A stretch of DNA of 64,000 bases. Origin: an uncultured Planctomycetaceae bacterium (GTDB lineage: Bacteria; Planctomycetota; Planctomycetia; Pirellulales; PALSA-1355). Below are positions 1 to 10,800 of this stretch, piece by piece. The stretch lies in assembly GCA_963785305.1 (NCBI GenBank), contig CAWAUV010000008.1:544001-608000 (forward strand), given 5' to 3'. Under the pieces are notes generated by a model. The model did no database searches and was not told the DNA's origin. It saw nothing but the letters and a program-made list of their open reading frames with translations. Both the position numbers and the translations under genes were made by a program. Position 1 is the stretch's first letter. Every line of letters starts with the position of its first letter.

Positions 1-962
1 GTCGGCCGCCTTCTTGGCCTCTTCGGCCACCTTCTTTTTCGCTTCTTCGATCACCTTGTCGGCTTTGTGCTTCTCCACGGCGGCCAGGGCCTTCAGGTCT
101 TGGGCCGACGAATATTCCGGGTTCGGCGTGGCGTCGCCTGGCTCGAGTCCGGCGATCCACTTAATGGCCCCCACGAGCGAGGCTTGGTAGGTGGGGTTCG
201 TCCACACATCTTCACGATGCCCCAGGCTCATGTGGCATACGCGGCCTTCGCCATAGTTCTTCACCCAAGCGATGGGCACGATCTCGGGCTTGGCCCGCTT
301 GACATATTGGTCGGGCAGCGAGGTCTTGTCGAGGTCGAGACTCATGAGCACATGCACTTTTTCGGGCTGCCAGTGCTTGAAGCAATAGATTTCATCTTGG
401 ATCGTGAATTCCTTGCCCCAAGGCTTCGAGACCGGATGCTCGGTGTCATGCACCGATACCGTGACCGTGGAGCCGGAGCCCCAGGGATGGCCGTCGAAGG
501 TGCCGCCGAGCATTTCCCAATAGGGCTCGTAGTTGTGGTAGGTGTCGGCGGCCGAATGCGTGCCGATGAATCCGTGGCCCTTTTGCTTGACCCATTCCTG
601 AAACAGATAGTCGCGCACATCGTCCTTGATCGGCAAGTTGCCGGTGGTGTAGAAGAACATGATGTCGTGGTTATCGACCGCTTCGCGCGTCAGGTCGTTG
701 GCCACGTCTTGGGTCGTGTCGACGGTGAACAGTCCGGTCGAGGCCGCCAGATCGGTCAGCACCTGTTCCGAGAGGCAAGGCTTGCCGTCTTTGCGCGTCA
801 CGGGGCCATGCTTGAAGCCGTGCTTTGCGTGACCATCAATACGCGAATCTTCTTGGCGCCGGCGGCCGGCGCGGCGCTATCGGCGGCTTGGGTCGCGGCC
901 ACATCGAAAAACGCCATGGCGCCGAGCAGCCACGCGCCGAACACTGCAAAACGGACTTTCAC
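1..962 (-). CDS. ThuA-like (trehalose utilisation/class I glutamine amidotransferase-like) secreted protein; 3' end runs off window; frameshift near 805
   Basis: Signal-peptide-like N-terminus (ORF 798..1121) then KIRVLMVTQS. Manual translation of the next frame gives FFYTTGNLP, GFIGTHSAADT, MLGGTFDGHPW, DEIY, PIAWVKNYGEGRV..SLGH, typical of ThuA domains. Confidence 0.75.
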
Positions 963-1139
963 GGAGAACTCCTTTGGGCGGAAACAGGCGGGATTGAGCG
1001 AGGCCGCGCCGGCGCCACCGGAGCGAATGCCTCCATTCAAACATCCCGGCGACCCCCATGCAACGGTTTTACGGGGATCGCCAAACACCAATTCCAGCCC
1101 CGCCACGCCAGCCCAAAGCACAACCCATCGCCCACGGGG

Positions 1140-2548
1140 TTACCGGTAGTCGGCGCCGTCGAGGCCGTGGTTCTTCATCAGCCGGTAGAGCGTGCCCCTC
1201 GGCAGCCGCGCTTCGGCCGCCGCCGCCTTCACATCGCCCCGATGCCGGCCCAGCAGTTCATGGAGATATTGCCGCTCGAAACGGGCCACATGCTGCGCGC
1301 GGGCCTGAAAATACCCGCCCAAGGCCGAGGGATCGCTCGCCCGCGGACCGTCGGGCGAGGTCTGGCCCGCCGCGGTCACCACTTCATCCGGCAGGTCGTC
1401 GAGCGAGATCATGCCCGACTGACAAAGCGCGATCGCCCGGCGAATCACATTTTGCAGCTCGCGCACATTGCCCGGCCACGCATAGTGGATGAGCACTTGA
1501 TAGGCTTCGGGCGTGATGCCGCGCACATGGCGCCCCATCTCGCGGCTGTAGCGATTTGCCAGATACTCGGCCAACAGACCGATGTCATCGCCCCGCTTGC
1601 GCAAGGGCGGGAGCTCGATCCGCACCACGTTGATTCGGTAGTACAAATCTTGGCGGAACTGCTCCTTGCGGATCATGTCGTCGAGTGAGCGGGCCGTGGC
1701 GGCGACGATTCGCACATCGACCTCGATCTCCTCGCGTCCGCCCACCCGGCGAATCTTCGCTCTTGCAGGGTGCGGAGCAGCTTGGCTTGCAAGAGCGGCG
1801 GCAGCTCGCCGAGTTCGTCGAGAAAAAAAGTGCCATGGTCGGCGAACTCTAGGAGCCCGATCCGCCGGCCCTCGGCGCCGGTGAACGCTCCCTTTTCGTA
1901 GCCGAAGAATTCGCTTTCCAGCAGGGTCTCGGGAATCGCCCCGCAGTCGACCGGCACGAACGGCCGCGCCGCGCGGCGGCTGCGACCATGAATGCTGCGG
2001 GCAATCAGCTCCTTGCCAGTGCCGGTCTCGCCGACGATCAGCACATCGACATCGGAGCTCGCCACCTGGGCGATCGTGTCGAATACTTTTCGCATCGCCG
2101 GGCAGCCGCCGATAATGTCATCGAACTTATACGGCTGCTCGATCTGGCGCCGGAGCAAATCGTATTCCGCGACCCGGCGGCGCTCTTCGAGCAACCGCTG
2201 AGCGCTGGCGGCCAATTGCTCGGGCGCTTGTTCGGCGCCGAAGTAATCGCTGGCGCCGAGGCGCTGGCTGGCGGCCGAGGCTTCAAGGCTCCGCGTGGGC
2301 CCGACCACGATCACCGGCAGCGGCCCGGCGCCATTGCGCGAGGCCTCGAGCGCCGCGATCGCGCGCTCGTCGGTCGGCTCGAGGGCCACCACGATCAGAT
2401 CGTAGGAATGCTCTTTAAGCAGCGCGGCGGGCGAGGCCTCGGGCGGCGCGAAGACGATCTTGGCCGACTCCAGCCCGGCGAAAGCCCGGCGAAAAGGCTC
2501 ATGGTCGGACGAGTCGGGATCGTAGACCAGGATGCGCCTTGCGCTCAT
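1140..2548 (-). CDS. Sigma-54-dependent Fis-family transcriptional activator (NtrC-like) with degenerate receiver domain; frameshift near 1750
   Basis: Walker [20 protein letters not shown], then [21 protein letters not shown] and a C-terminal HTH in the adjacent frame (ORFs 1673..2755 and 1140..1745). Confidence 0.9.
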
Positions 2549-2841
2549 GGCGGAAATCTTTCGACAGGGGCCACCGACGTGCGCGAGCCGAGCGCGGACG
2601 ATCGATGCGCGGCCGCTCGACGCGGGGGCAGCGACAGTCGGGCTCGGCGCGTACGACTGCGCTCGTGCTTTGGACCTCGGAAGTCGTGGAGCCAGTCCGC
2701 CTGGACATTGTTGCGTCTCAGCAATCAGCTTGGGCGAACGGAGCGCCGCAGTCAACGGTCTGGCGGCGAGAATTCCGCCCCGTCTGGCCTCGCGCTCGGC
2801 CTTCGCTGGCCAAGCGCCGACCGGCGTCGAGCGTTTCGAGT

Positions 2842-3212
2842 TCAGCCGCCGCCGCGGTGCGCCATGGCCTCCCGAACCTCGGGCAGCGGATAGTCGATGA
2901 TCGGCAACGCGAGGGACGCCATTTCCCGCAGCCGCAGATAGCCGCGACTGACGAGCGATTCGCGGTCACGGACAAACGCCTCGTCGAGCGACCGCTTGTC
3001 AAACGGCCCTTCGCAAACGACCGGCGTGAACCCCTCGACGACGACAAACTGGGCGAGCGCCGGATTGCAGGTGATATGCCGCTCGCGCGCCGTGTGCAAC
3101 ACCTCGGGATCGACGAGCCCGGTGACATATGCAAGTAAAGATCGCTGTCGGTAATCGCCTCGACATCGCGCCCGCAGACTTCGCAGAGATAACCTTCCTC
3201 GCATTTGGCCAT
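2842..3212 (-). CDS. Small Cys-containing hypothetical protein; frameshift near 3130
   Basis: [24 protein letters not shown] joins [24 protein letters not shown] in another frame. Confidence 0.6.
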
Positions 3213-3299
3213 TTGATTTAAACTCGTTGAAGCGACCGCATCAAAAAGGGCGCGGACGCGTTTCCAACGCAACCTCGCGCCGAAAGCTTCGATGACCGA

Positions 3300-3866
3300 T
3301 CACACATCATCTTGGGCCACGCGTCTGATGCCTTCGATCAAATTACGAAAGCTCCGCGACCGCTCGTTAGCTAAGTCGAGATGCGGGGCAATGGTGCGCG
3401 AGCCGAGAATTTTTTGGTAGCGGCCTTGCGTTAGAGCGTCGAGTTCACGAGAGGGCGACTGGAGAGCATCGGGATCGCGACATTTCGCTCGCCGTTGTTT
3501 CGCGGCCAACCCCCGAATTCCGAGACCGCGTTCGACGGCCGCTAAGTCCGCGAGGTAGAAGCTTTCGAGTTCGCGGCATGCGATGCGGATCAAGGTTCGC
3601 GATATTTTCGACTGAGAGCATAATCTAGCCAATCGGCGTTTAACGGCCTTGCAATCCGGATGCGCGACTTGGTCGCGCACTATCACGAAGAACGCATCCG
3701 GATTGCAATAACCCTTCAGGCGACGAACCAAGTTCTTTTCGAGGTCTTGCTTGCCTTCGAATGCTATGTATTTCACCGGTGTTTCCGTCACGAAAATGCG
3801 AGGCACGACGCCTTTAAGCATCTCGGCCGCCGAGGACTCCTCCAAAAGGAACACCAGCTCTTTCAT
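3300..3866 (-). CDS. DUF4276 family protein (TOPRIM/RloB-like putative nuclease)
   Basis: MKELVFLLEESS..FEGKQDL..VIVRD..IACRELESFYLAD..SRSF. Start codon overlaps the ATPase stop (ATGA, 3863-3866). Confidence 0.8.
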   Translation of the reverse strand: MKELVFLLEESSAAEMLKGVVPRIFVTETPVKYIAFEGKQDLEKNLVRRLKGYCNPDAFFVIVRDQVAHPDCKAVKRRLARLCSQSKISRTLIRIACRELESFYLADLAAVERGLGIRGLAAKQRRAKCRDPDALQSPSRELDALTQGRYQKILGSRTIAPHLDLANERSRSFRNLIEGIRRVAQDDV

Positions 3867-5049
3867 CGCGGGTCGGCTCCGGCGAAGAAGCCCTGCTTCC
3901 ATAGGTATCCCATTCGGTCTCCCTCGGCCATGTATTTGGAAATCTGCATGTTGTCCTGGTGCGACAAACCTCGGTGTATCCATTCCTCTTGACGAGCCAA
4001 AACACTTCCTCGAGTTTGCATGCGTTGAGAAAGTCGGGCGAATGGGTCGAGCAAAACACCTGGCCGCCGCGGTTCGCATACATCCGAAACTTCTCGGCCA
4101 ACTCGCTCATCAACGTTGGATAGAGCTGGTTCTCCGGTTCTTCGATGCACAGGAGCGGATGCGGCGCCGGATCGTGGAGCAAGACCAGGTAAGCAAACAT
4201 CTTGATCGTGCCGTCGGAAACATAGCGATCGAGAAATGGCTTCGCGAGCGATCCGTCTTTGAAACGCAATGTCAGATATCCATCGTCCGTCAAATGAGGC
4301 TCGACGTCTTTCATTCCTGGAACGCGATCGACCATCGTTTTGAGGATGCGGTCGAAGACCTTGCGATGGTTTTCGTAAAGATAACGTACTACCCGCGGCA
4401 GATTGTCGCCCGTTTCGGACAGATGCTCCGATTCGCCGGCGACTTCCTTTCGGCCCCGCGCGGCTTCGATGTGAAAATCCGAGACGTGCCATTCCTCGAT
4501 GAGCCGGCGAACGGCATTGGCCGCCTTGAATCGGTCGAACTGGCCAAGTCCTTTGATCGCGAGAATGTCGGCGGCAACGCCCTGCTCTTCTCGGGTCAGT
4601 TCCTCGTCGCTCTTGTTGAAATCTTCTTCGTTGGTAATGGCGTAACCGTGGCCATCCTTGAAGTCAAGGAAGTGAAACGGACTGCCGTGGCGCCCTCGCT
4701 TGTAACGAAGTATCTCGCGTTTGACGACCGGAGCGCCCTTGCGTTCGCCGATTTCAAGGCTGTAGGTGATCAAACGGTTGATGCCGACGATCTCCATTCG
4801 GCATTGAAGTTCGATAAGAATCGTGTCGTCGTTCGAATCGCGACTGCGCACTTCTTGGAACCGGCCGCGAGCGTCGAGCGCCTGGCGCACATTGCCATTG
4901 AAGCAGTCATGCAAGAATCTGAAAACGTCGAACAACGTCGATTTGCCGGAGCCGTTGGCGCCCACGACCACGCCGAAATTCGGAATGTCGCGGATCGTGA
5001 CATCGCGGAACGCCTTGAAATTCTTGAGTCGAATCGATTCGATTTTCAT
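3863..5049 (-). CDS. ABC-type/AAA_21 (RecF/SMC-like) ATPase; frameshift near 3960
   Basis: IRLKNFKAF, Walker A GANGSGKS, signature VSDGT, Walker B/D-loop IEEPENQLYP, H-loop STHSP. C-terminus MGYLWKQGFF is in ORF 3863..4492. Confidence 0.88.
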
Positions 5050-5092
5050 CACGATTTTCCGAATGAATTTGCCGAGGCCAAGCAGGCGGGTC

Positions 5093-5917
5093 TCAAAACC
5101 CCAGCACGGCCGGCATTCCGTAGAGGCCCGGCGGTTTGCCGGCCAGGAATTTGGCGGCCATCAGGGCGCCGTGGGCGTAGCAGTCGCGGTTCGTCGCCCG
5201 CACCGTGAGCTCGAAACTCTCGCCCAAAAGGCCGAAGGCGATGGTGTGTTCGCCCGGGTTGTCGCCCACGCGGAGGGCGTGGTAGCCGATCTCGCCATGC
5301 GGGCGCTGGCCGGTGCGGCCGTGGCGACCGTGGCGCGACTGGGTTTGGCCCATCGCCTCGGCCACGATCTGGCCGAATTTCAGCGCCGTGCCGCTCGGAG
5401 CGTCTTCCTTGAAGCGATGATGCCGCTCGATGATCTCGACATCGGCCCCGGTCGGATGGTCCTTGAGCGACTTGGCCGCCAACTCCGTGAGCTTCATCAC
5501 GAGGTTCACCGCCGGACTCATGCTCGGAGACCACAGCAGCGGAATCTTCTCGGCGGCGGCGCGCGCGGCGGCTTGCTCCGCGGGCTCGAGCCCGGTGGTG
5601 GCCAACACCAATGGCAGGCGATGCTCCACGCAACTCGCCAGCGAAGCCTTGGTTCCGGCGGGCGTCGAGAAATCGATCACCACATCGACCGGCGAATTGG
5701 CGGGCTGGCCTTCGAACAGCGGCGCGAGCGACGCCGTGATCGGCACGCCTTGCGGCGCCACGCCGGCCACGACTCCGGCGTTGTCGCCCAGGCGCGAATG
5801 GCCGGCATGCTCGATCGCGGCCACGAGTTTCAAATCCGCATCAGCGCTGGCGAGCGCCACCAGCCGCTGACCCATGCGCCCGGCGGCGCCCACGATCGCA
5901 AGACGAATCACCGACAT
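5093..5917 (-). CDS. dapB: 4-hydroxy-tetrahydrodipicolinate reductase
   Basis: GAAGRMG, IDFS, ERHHRFKEDAPSGTA motifs. Confidence 0.96.
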   Translation of the reverse strand: MSVIRLAIVGAAGRMGQRLVALASADADLKLVAAIEHAGHSRLGDNAGVVAGVAPQGVPITASLAPLFEGQPANSPVDVVIDFSTPAGTKASLASCVEHRLPLVLATTGLEPAEQAAARAAAEKIPLLWSPSMSPAVNLVMKLTELAAKSLKDHPTGADVEIIERHHRFKEDAPSGTALKFGQIVAEAMGQTQSRHGRHGRTGQRPHGEIGYHALRVGDNPGEHTIAFGLLGESFELTVRATNRDCYAHGALMAAKFLAGKPPGLYGMPAVLGF

Positions 5918-5956
5918 CGCCGTCGCTTTCCTTCCTGAAGGGGATCGCATCGGGCG

Positions 5957-7351
5957 TCAGCTATAGAGCTGAATCGCCTGCACGATTTCGTCGAGATTGT
6001 TGCCCACGGCGACGCTGCGATTGGCAAACGAGGCCCGCTTCACGCCGCGGCTGCCGAGCACTTCGTTGAACTGCTTCTGATCGGTCGTGTGGTAGGCGAC
6101 CGTGGCCGTGGGGTCTTTGAGTTGATGGCCGGTCAGAATGCACACGACCTCTTCCTCCGAGTCGATCACGCCTTCGGCGACAAGGTTCTTTGCCCCGGCC
6201 ACGCTCGCCGCGCTCGCCGGCTCGCAGCCAATGCCGCCGGCGCCCACTTGGGCCTTGGCGTCGAGAATTTCTTGATCGCTCACCTCGCGCACCACGCCGT
6301 TGCAAAAATCGAGCGCCCTGAGACATTTCTCCAAATTCACCGGCCGATTGATTTCGATGGCGCTGGCAATGGTCGAGGCCCGGCGCTTCGTGGCGTCGAG
6401 CTCCTGGTAATAGTCAACCGAAAGGGTCGAGCGCGTGTTCCAGCGAAGCCCGCGCCGGGTATGCAGTTCATGCAGCGTGCTCGCGCCGGCGGCGTTGATC
6501 ACGGCCAGCCGCGGCACGCGCTCGATCAGCCCCAGCTTCTTGAGCTCCATGAACGCCTTGCCAAACGCGCTCGAGTTGCCGAGGTTGCCGCCCGGCACCA
6601 CGATCCAATCGGGCACGCGCGAACGGAGCGCCTCGAGCACCCGATACATGATCGTCTTCTGCCCTTCGAGCCGAAACGGATTCACGCTGTTCACCAGATA
6701 GATGCCGAGCTGCTTCGACACTTCTTGCACCCGGGCCATGGCGTCGTCGAAGTCGCCGGCGATTTGCAGCGTGAGCGCGCCATAGTCGAGGGCTTGGGAG
6801 AGTTTTCCATACGAGATTTTTCCGGAGCCGATAAAGATCATCGCCCGCATGAGCCGCGACACCGCGCAGTACAGCGCCAAGCTGGCGCTGGTGTTGCCGG
6901 TCGAGGCGCAGGCGGCGCGTTTGGCGCCGATGGCATGCGCGTGGGTAAACGCGGCCGACATGCCGTTGTCCTTGAAGCTGCCCGAGGGGTTCATGCCTTC
7001 GTATTGCAGATAGAGCCGACCGGGCTGGCTGCCGACATATTTCGCCACGCCGATCGACGGTTGCAAGAGCGTCTGCCCTTCGCCGATGGTGACAATCTGC
7101 TCGGGCCGGGCAAACGGCAGCAGATCGCGAAACCGCCACACTCCGCTGAAGCAGAGCGGGTCGTAGCGCCGCGACCACTTGGTTTCGAAGTAATCGAGCG
7201 AACGGGGCGGCTCGGCGCGGTCCCAGTCGTAGTCGATGTCGAGCAGGCTGCCGCAAGTCTTGCAGGCCGTGAGCGCTTCTTCCACTCCGAAGGTGGCGCC
7301 GCATGCCGACGAAATGCATTTCTGAAAAGCGACTTCCTTGAAGCTTGGCAT
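5957..7351 (-). CDS. thrC: Threonine synthase (with N-terminal Zn-ribbon)
   Basis: [11 protein letters not shown] (PLP lysine), [47 protein letters not shown]. Confidence 0.93.
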   Translation of the reverse strand: MPSFKEVAFQKCISSACGATFGVEEALTACKTCGSLLDIDYDWDRAEPPRSLDYFETKWSRRYDPLCFSGVWRFRDLLPFARPEQIVTIGEGQTLLQPSIGVAKYVGSQPGRLYLQYEGMNPSGSFKDNGMSAAFTHAHAIGAKRAACASTGNTSASLALYCAVSRLMRAMIFIGSGKISYGKLSQALDYGALTLQIAGDFDDAMARVQEVSKQLGIYLVNSVNPFRLEGQKTIMYRVLEALRSRVPDWIVVPGGNLGNSSAFGKAFMELKKLGLIERVPRLAVINAAGASTLHELHTRRGLRWNTRSTLSVDYYQELDATKRRASTIASAIEINRPVNLEKCLRALDFCNGVVREVSDQEILDAKAQVGAGGIGCEPASAASVAGAKNLVAEGVIDSEEEVVCILTGHQLKDPTATVAYHTTDQKQFNEVLGSRGVKRASFANRSVAVGNNLDEIVQAIQLYS

Positions 7352-7569
7352 GGCGCGACGAGCCGAAAAACGAGAAGCGAAAATGTTCCGAAAAACCGCC
7401 CCTGGCGGCAAGCAACATAGCAGGCGATGCGTCTCGCCAGGCGATGGCGGAAGTCGCCGGGCGGCGGGCACACGATGCCCCGCGTGGGGCATTCCCGCGG
7501 CGGCCCAGGCGATGCATGTAAAATGTAACTAGATAGCGACTTGCGGGCAACTGGCATCACGAGCCTCGT

Positions 7570-7712
7570 TGTCATGCGCCAATAGAAATGTCCCCATCGG
7601 CGTTCATTGGAAATGTCCCCATGCGTCCAGCCTCGACGGAGGGGACCGAGACACGGGCACGAACGATGAAGGCCGAGGAGTTGCGCCGCGAGTAAGGCGC
7701 CGAGGAAATGTC
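7570..7712 (+). mobile_element. Possible left-end remnant of an IS1202/IS481-like element
   Basis: TGT at 7570, GAAATGTCCCCAT twice at 25-bp spacing (7585-7597, 7610-7622), a third GGAAATGTC at 7704-7712, and a short MKAEELRRE* peptide. No transposase or right end seen. Confidence 0.4.
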
Positions 7713-8101
7713 GGCTTTGTAGTTTCTTCCCAAGCGCAGCGCGCGGGCCAAAATATCCGCCCGCGATCTAACCCCGAGCCGGCTCGATCTTTAGAGGTAA
7801 TCGCCTCGCCGTCCGGTCGGTTTGGCATGCGGGATGCAATTGATGCCTCTCGGAAACACCCCGGGCGGGCTGGCCCGCTCCGATGCTCGCCGCCCGAGCT
7901 ACCGCCTGATATTCACTCAGGCCTTGATCGCTCGGGCGGCGGCGACGCGAAGACCGGCCCAAGGGGGCCGCCCGGTGGTTTTTCTTGACTCGCCACGATT
8001 CCTAATTCGCGAGCGAGCCCATTCACCTCACTGCTTCACTTCATCACTTGCCGGGCCGTCCATCCCGAGGTCCGGGCCACTCGAAACAAAGGATTGTCGC
8101 C

Positions 8102-8692
8102 ATGCTCGTGCTCAGCCGCAAAGCCGAACAAAAAATTCAAATCGGAACCGATATCACGATCACGGTGCTGAAAGTTTCGGGCCGCGGAGTGCGGATCGGC
8201 ATCGAAGCGCCCAGCGGAGTGCGAGTGCTTCGCGCCGAGTTGAAAGAGAAGATCGCCGCCGAAAACAGCGGGGCGCCGGAGACGTCGGCCCTGGCGCCGA
8301 TGTCTCCGGCGGCGCCACGGTCGAAGGCTTCATCGAACTCGCCGCGAGTCGAGAACTTCACCGTCGTGCCGGGGCCGATGCCCAAGGCGCTTCCCACCGC
8401 GCCGCGGACCGCCCCGGGCCCGCGCGAGGAAACAAGACCCGGGAGGAGGAAGCGAGCGTCGACGATGGTCATGCCCATCGAGCGACGCGCGGCGAAGTCC
8501 CGCCGACGCGCCGCGAGGCGCCGCTCTCGCGATCGCCCCGATGCCGTGTTCTGCTCGCGGACGTCAACTCGCCGGGTCGCCACCCGCTGCGAGTCGGACC
8601 GGCATCGGCGGCGGTCATCATGCCCCGCGCCTGGGACGGCGGCTGAGCGGCCCGAGCTTGGCGAGCCCATTGATCGAGATAAGCAACGATGA
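8102..8692 (+). CDS. csrA: Carbon storage regulator CsrA-family protein with long low-complexity C-terminal tail (true stop may be 8646)
   Basis: MLVLSRKAEQKIQIGTDITITVLKVSGRGVRIGIEAPSGVRVLRAEL is a CsrA domain. Confidence 0.8.
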   Translation: MLVLSRKAEQKIQIGTDITITVLKVSGRGVRIGIEAPSGVRVLRAELKEKIAAENSGAPETSALAPMSPAAPRSKASSNSPRVENFTVVPGPMPKALPTAPRTAPGPREETRPGRRKRASTMVMPIERRAAKSRRRAARRRSRDRPDAVFCSRTSTRRVATRCESDRHRRRSSCPAPGTAAERPELGEPIDRDKQR

Positions 8693-8935
8693 ATAACCAA
8701 GGAAAAGCGACATCGCTTCAGGCCATGAATCCACGACGAGACAAGGAGCGCCAAGGCATGGTCGAACGCCTCGCGATTCAATCAATGATTGCCTTGCGAC
8801 TGCTTCGCGGTTTCGTGGCTTCGCGGCTGATAAAGACTTTCATGCAGCGCTTCTTTGGCGGCGAGGAAAATGATCGGGCTCGCGCGGGCAAGAGTATCTG
8901 TCCTCGTCGTTCACGATTCAACGGCAAAACATGCA

Positions 8936-9790
8936 TCACTCGACCGCATGCTGACCAACGAAGAAATGGCGGCTGCGGCGCGGGAAAATGTGCCGGCTCA
9001 CCGGCGCGAAACGATCGAGCTGCGAGAAGTGCATGTAGTGCGTGATCCGCGCCACATCGTCGCCGATTCGGATCAGATTGAAGCTGTTTTTTTCATGTTC
9101 CCGGGCTCGGCCGCGGCGCGAGGTCGAGGTGCCGCACTGCACGATGATAATGCCGCTCGAGCGGTCGGGCCCGGGATGCACGTCGAGCGAGTTGCCGATG
9201 TAGGCGCGATGCAAATGGCCTCCGAGGATCATATCGACTTCCATGCGCGTGAACCGATCGAGCGCTTCGCGCGCTTTTCGCATCACGCCGCCGCCGCTAT
9301 CGTAGTCGGGCGCGGGAGCAAAGTGATGATGCCCGACCACGATCCGCGCCTTGCCCGGACCGGCTTGGCGAAAGGCTTCTTCGCAAAAATCGAGTTGCTC
9401 GCGATGGATGCGGCCGTTCTTGATGCGCCGTATCGGGTCGGTGGTGTTGATCGCCACGATCACGGCGCCCGGCAAATGATGCACCGATTGCAGTTCGCCG
9501 GCGATATATTCCTGATAGAGCGCATAGGGCTGCAAGAATCTTTCACTCACGCGATAGAGCGGAATATCGTGGTTGCCGGGCGTAACCACGAGCGGCCCCG
9601 GCGGCAGCGAATTCAAGAATTCCCGGGCCGCGGCGAACTGCTCCGGCTTGGCCCGCTGGGTAAAGTCGCCGCTGGCCACGATCACATCGGGCCGCAGTTC
9701 ATGGGCCGCCCGCAAGAGCGCCGCGCCGATCGTGGGCACGTAGGCCGGGCCAAAATGAAGATCCGAGATATGCATCAGCGTGAGAAACAT
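8936..9790 (-). CDS. Metallophosphoesterase (calcineurin-like, CpdA/Icc family)
   Basis: HISDLH, SGDFT, PGNHD, GHHH, GGHLH motifs. Confidence 0.9.
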   Translation of the reverse strand: MFLTLMHISDLHFGPAYVPTIGAALLRAAHELRPDVIVASGDFTQRAKPEQFAAAREFLNSLPPGPLVVTPGNHDIPLYRVSERFLQPYALYQEYIAGELQSVHHLPGAVIVAINTTDPIRRIKNGRIHREQLDFCEEAFRQAGPGKARIVVGHHHFAPAPDYDSGGGVMRKAREALDRFTRMEVDMILGGHLHRAYIGNSLDVHPGPDRSSGIIIVQCGTSTSRRGRAREHEKNSFNLIRIGDDVARITHYMHFSQLDRFAPVSRHIFPRRSRHFFVGQHAVE

Positions 9791-9844
9791 CGTATGGATC
9801 GCACTCGATCGACAGGTTTCGGATGTTCGCGTGTTCGTCCCGAG

Positions 9845-9875
9845 TAGCCTGTTGAATATTTTAACAGGCTGCTAG
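9845..9875. repeat. Short palindrome resembling fused IS terminal repeats; possible bidirectional terminator
   Basis: AGCCTGTT-GAATATTTT-AACAGGCT followed by GCTAG. Related copy at 46535-46568. Confidence 0.5.
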
Positions 9876-9912
9876 CCACGCTCTGGGCATTGCACGCCGA
9901 CAACGCGCTATC

Positions 9913-10728
9913 TCATTTCCCTGGCGCCAGATCGAATCCGCGGCTTTGGCCGAAGAACCGCATCGGATTGTCATGCACGATGCGACGAATCAAGCTCTCC
10001 GGGTGTCCGCGAAACCGCATCGCCAGGATAAAATCGGGCACGGCCGACGGCTTGCTCGGCCCCCAGTCGGCCGCCGAATTCACCAGGAGTCGCTCGGGCC
10101 CATACTTCTCCACGATGTCGACGGCGCGCTCGGGAGTGCATTTGCTCACGGGGTAAAGCGTCATGCCGGCCCAGTAGCCTTGATCGAGCACGGCGCGCAC
10201 CGTGTGTTCCTCGACATGATCGACCAGTACCCGGCCGTGATCGATTCGCGCGTCGGCTCCGAGCATATCGAGAATCATGCGCGTGCCTTGGTATTTGTCC
10301 TCGAGATGCGGAGTGTGGATGAGGATTTGTTCGTTGGTGCGCATCGCGAGGTCGAGATGTTCGAGAAACACGATCGCTTCGTTCTTCGTGTTTTTATTGA
10401 GCCCGATCTCGCCGATGCCGAGCACGCCGGGCCGGGAGAGAAACTCGGGAATCACGGCGATCACTTCGCGCGAGAGGCTGACATTTTCGGCCTCCTTGGC
10501 GTTGATGCATAGCCATGTGTAGTGCTTGATGTGATATCCGGCGGTGCGCCTCGTTTCGAAATCGGTGAGCTGGCGGAAGTAATCGCGAAAACCATCGACG
10601 CTGCCCCGATCGAACCCGGCCCAAAACGCGGGCTCGCTCACGGCGAGACATCCCATCTTGGCGAGCGTTTCGTAATCATCGGTCACGCGAGAGACCATGT
10701 GGATGTGCGGATCAAGAAAAGCAGTCAT
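9913..10728 (-). CDS. TatD-family metal-dependent hydrolase (EboB-like subfamily)
   Basis: DPHIHMVSR.TDDY, EPAFW, IGEIG, IHTPH, DHVEE, NSAADWG motifs. Confidence 0.85.
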   Translation of the reverse strand: MTAFLDPHIHMVSRVTDDYETLAKMGCLAVSEPAFWAGFDRGSVDGFRDYFRQLTDFETRRTAGYHIKHYTWLCINAKEAENVSLSREVIAVIPEFLSRPGVLGIGEIGLNKNTKNEAIVFLEHLDLAMRTNEQILIHTPHLEDKYQGTRMILDMLGADARIDHGRVLVDHVEEHTVRAVLDQGYWAGMTLYPVSKCTPERAVDIVEKYGPERLLVNSAADWGPSKPSAVPDFILAMRFRGHPESLIRRIVHDNPMRFFGQSRGFDLAPGK

Positions 10729-10800
10729 CGCAATCGGCCTTGGATTTTCCAGAAAATTGAAAGCGTCTCGCCCCGTCGCCCATCACGCCGACGTGGTTCT

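Noticed and set aside
7510..7570. Possible dif/Xer site next to the IS1202-like end
   Set aside because: AAAATGTAACT only loosely resembles a XerD arm; there is no matching XerC arm at the right spacing and it is not adjacent to the TGT end.
8690..8860. CsrB/RsmZ-like sRNA downstream of csrA (AAGGA motifs) and CTTCGCGG/TTTCGTGG microrepeats
   Set aside because: Only two or three GGA motifs, no clear repeated hairpins or terminator; too weak to call.
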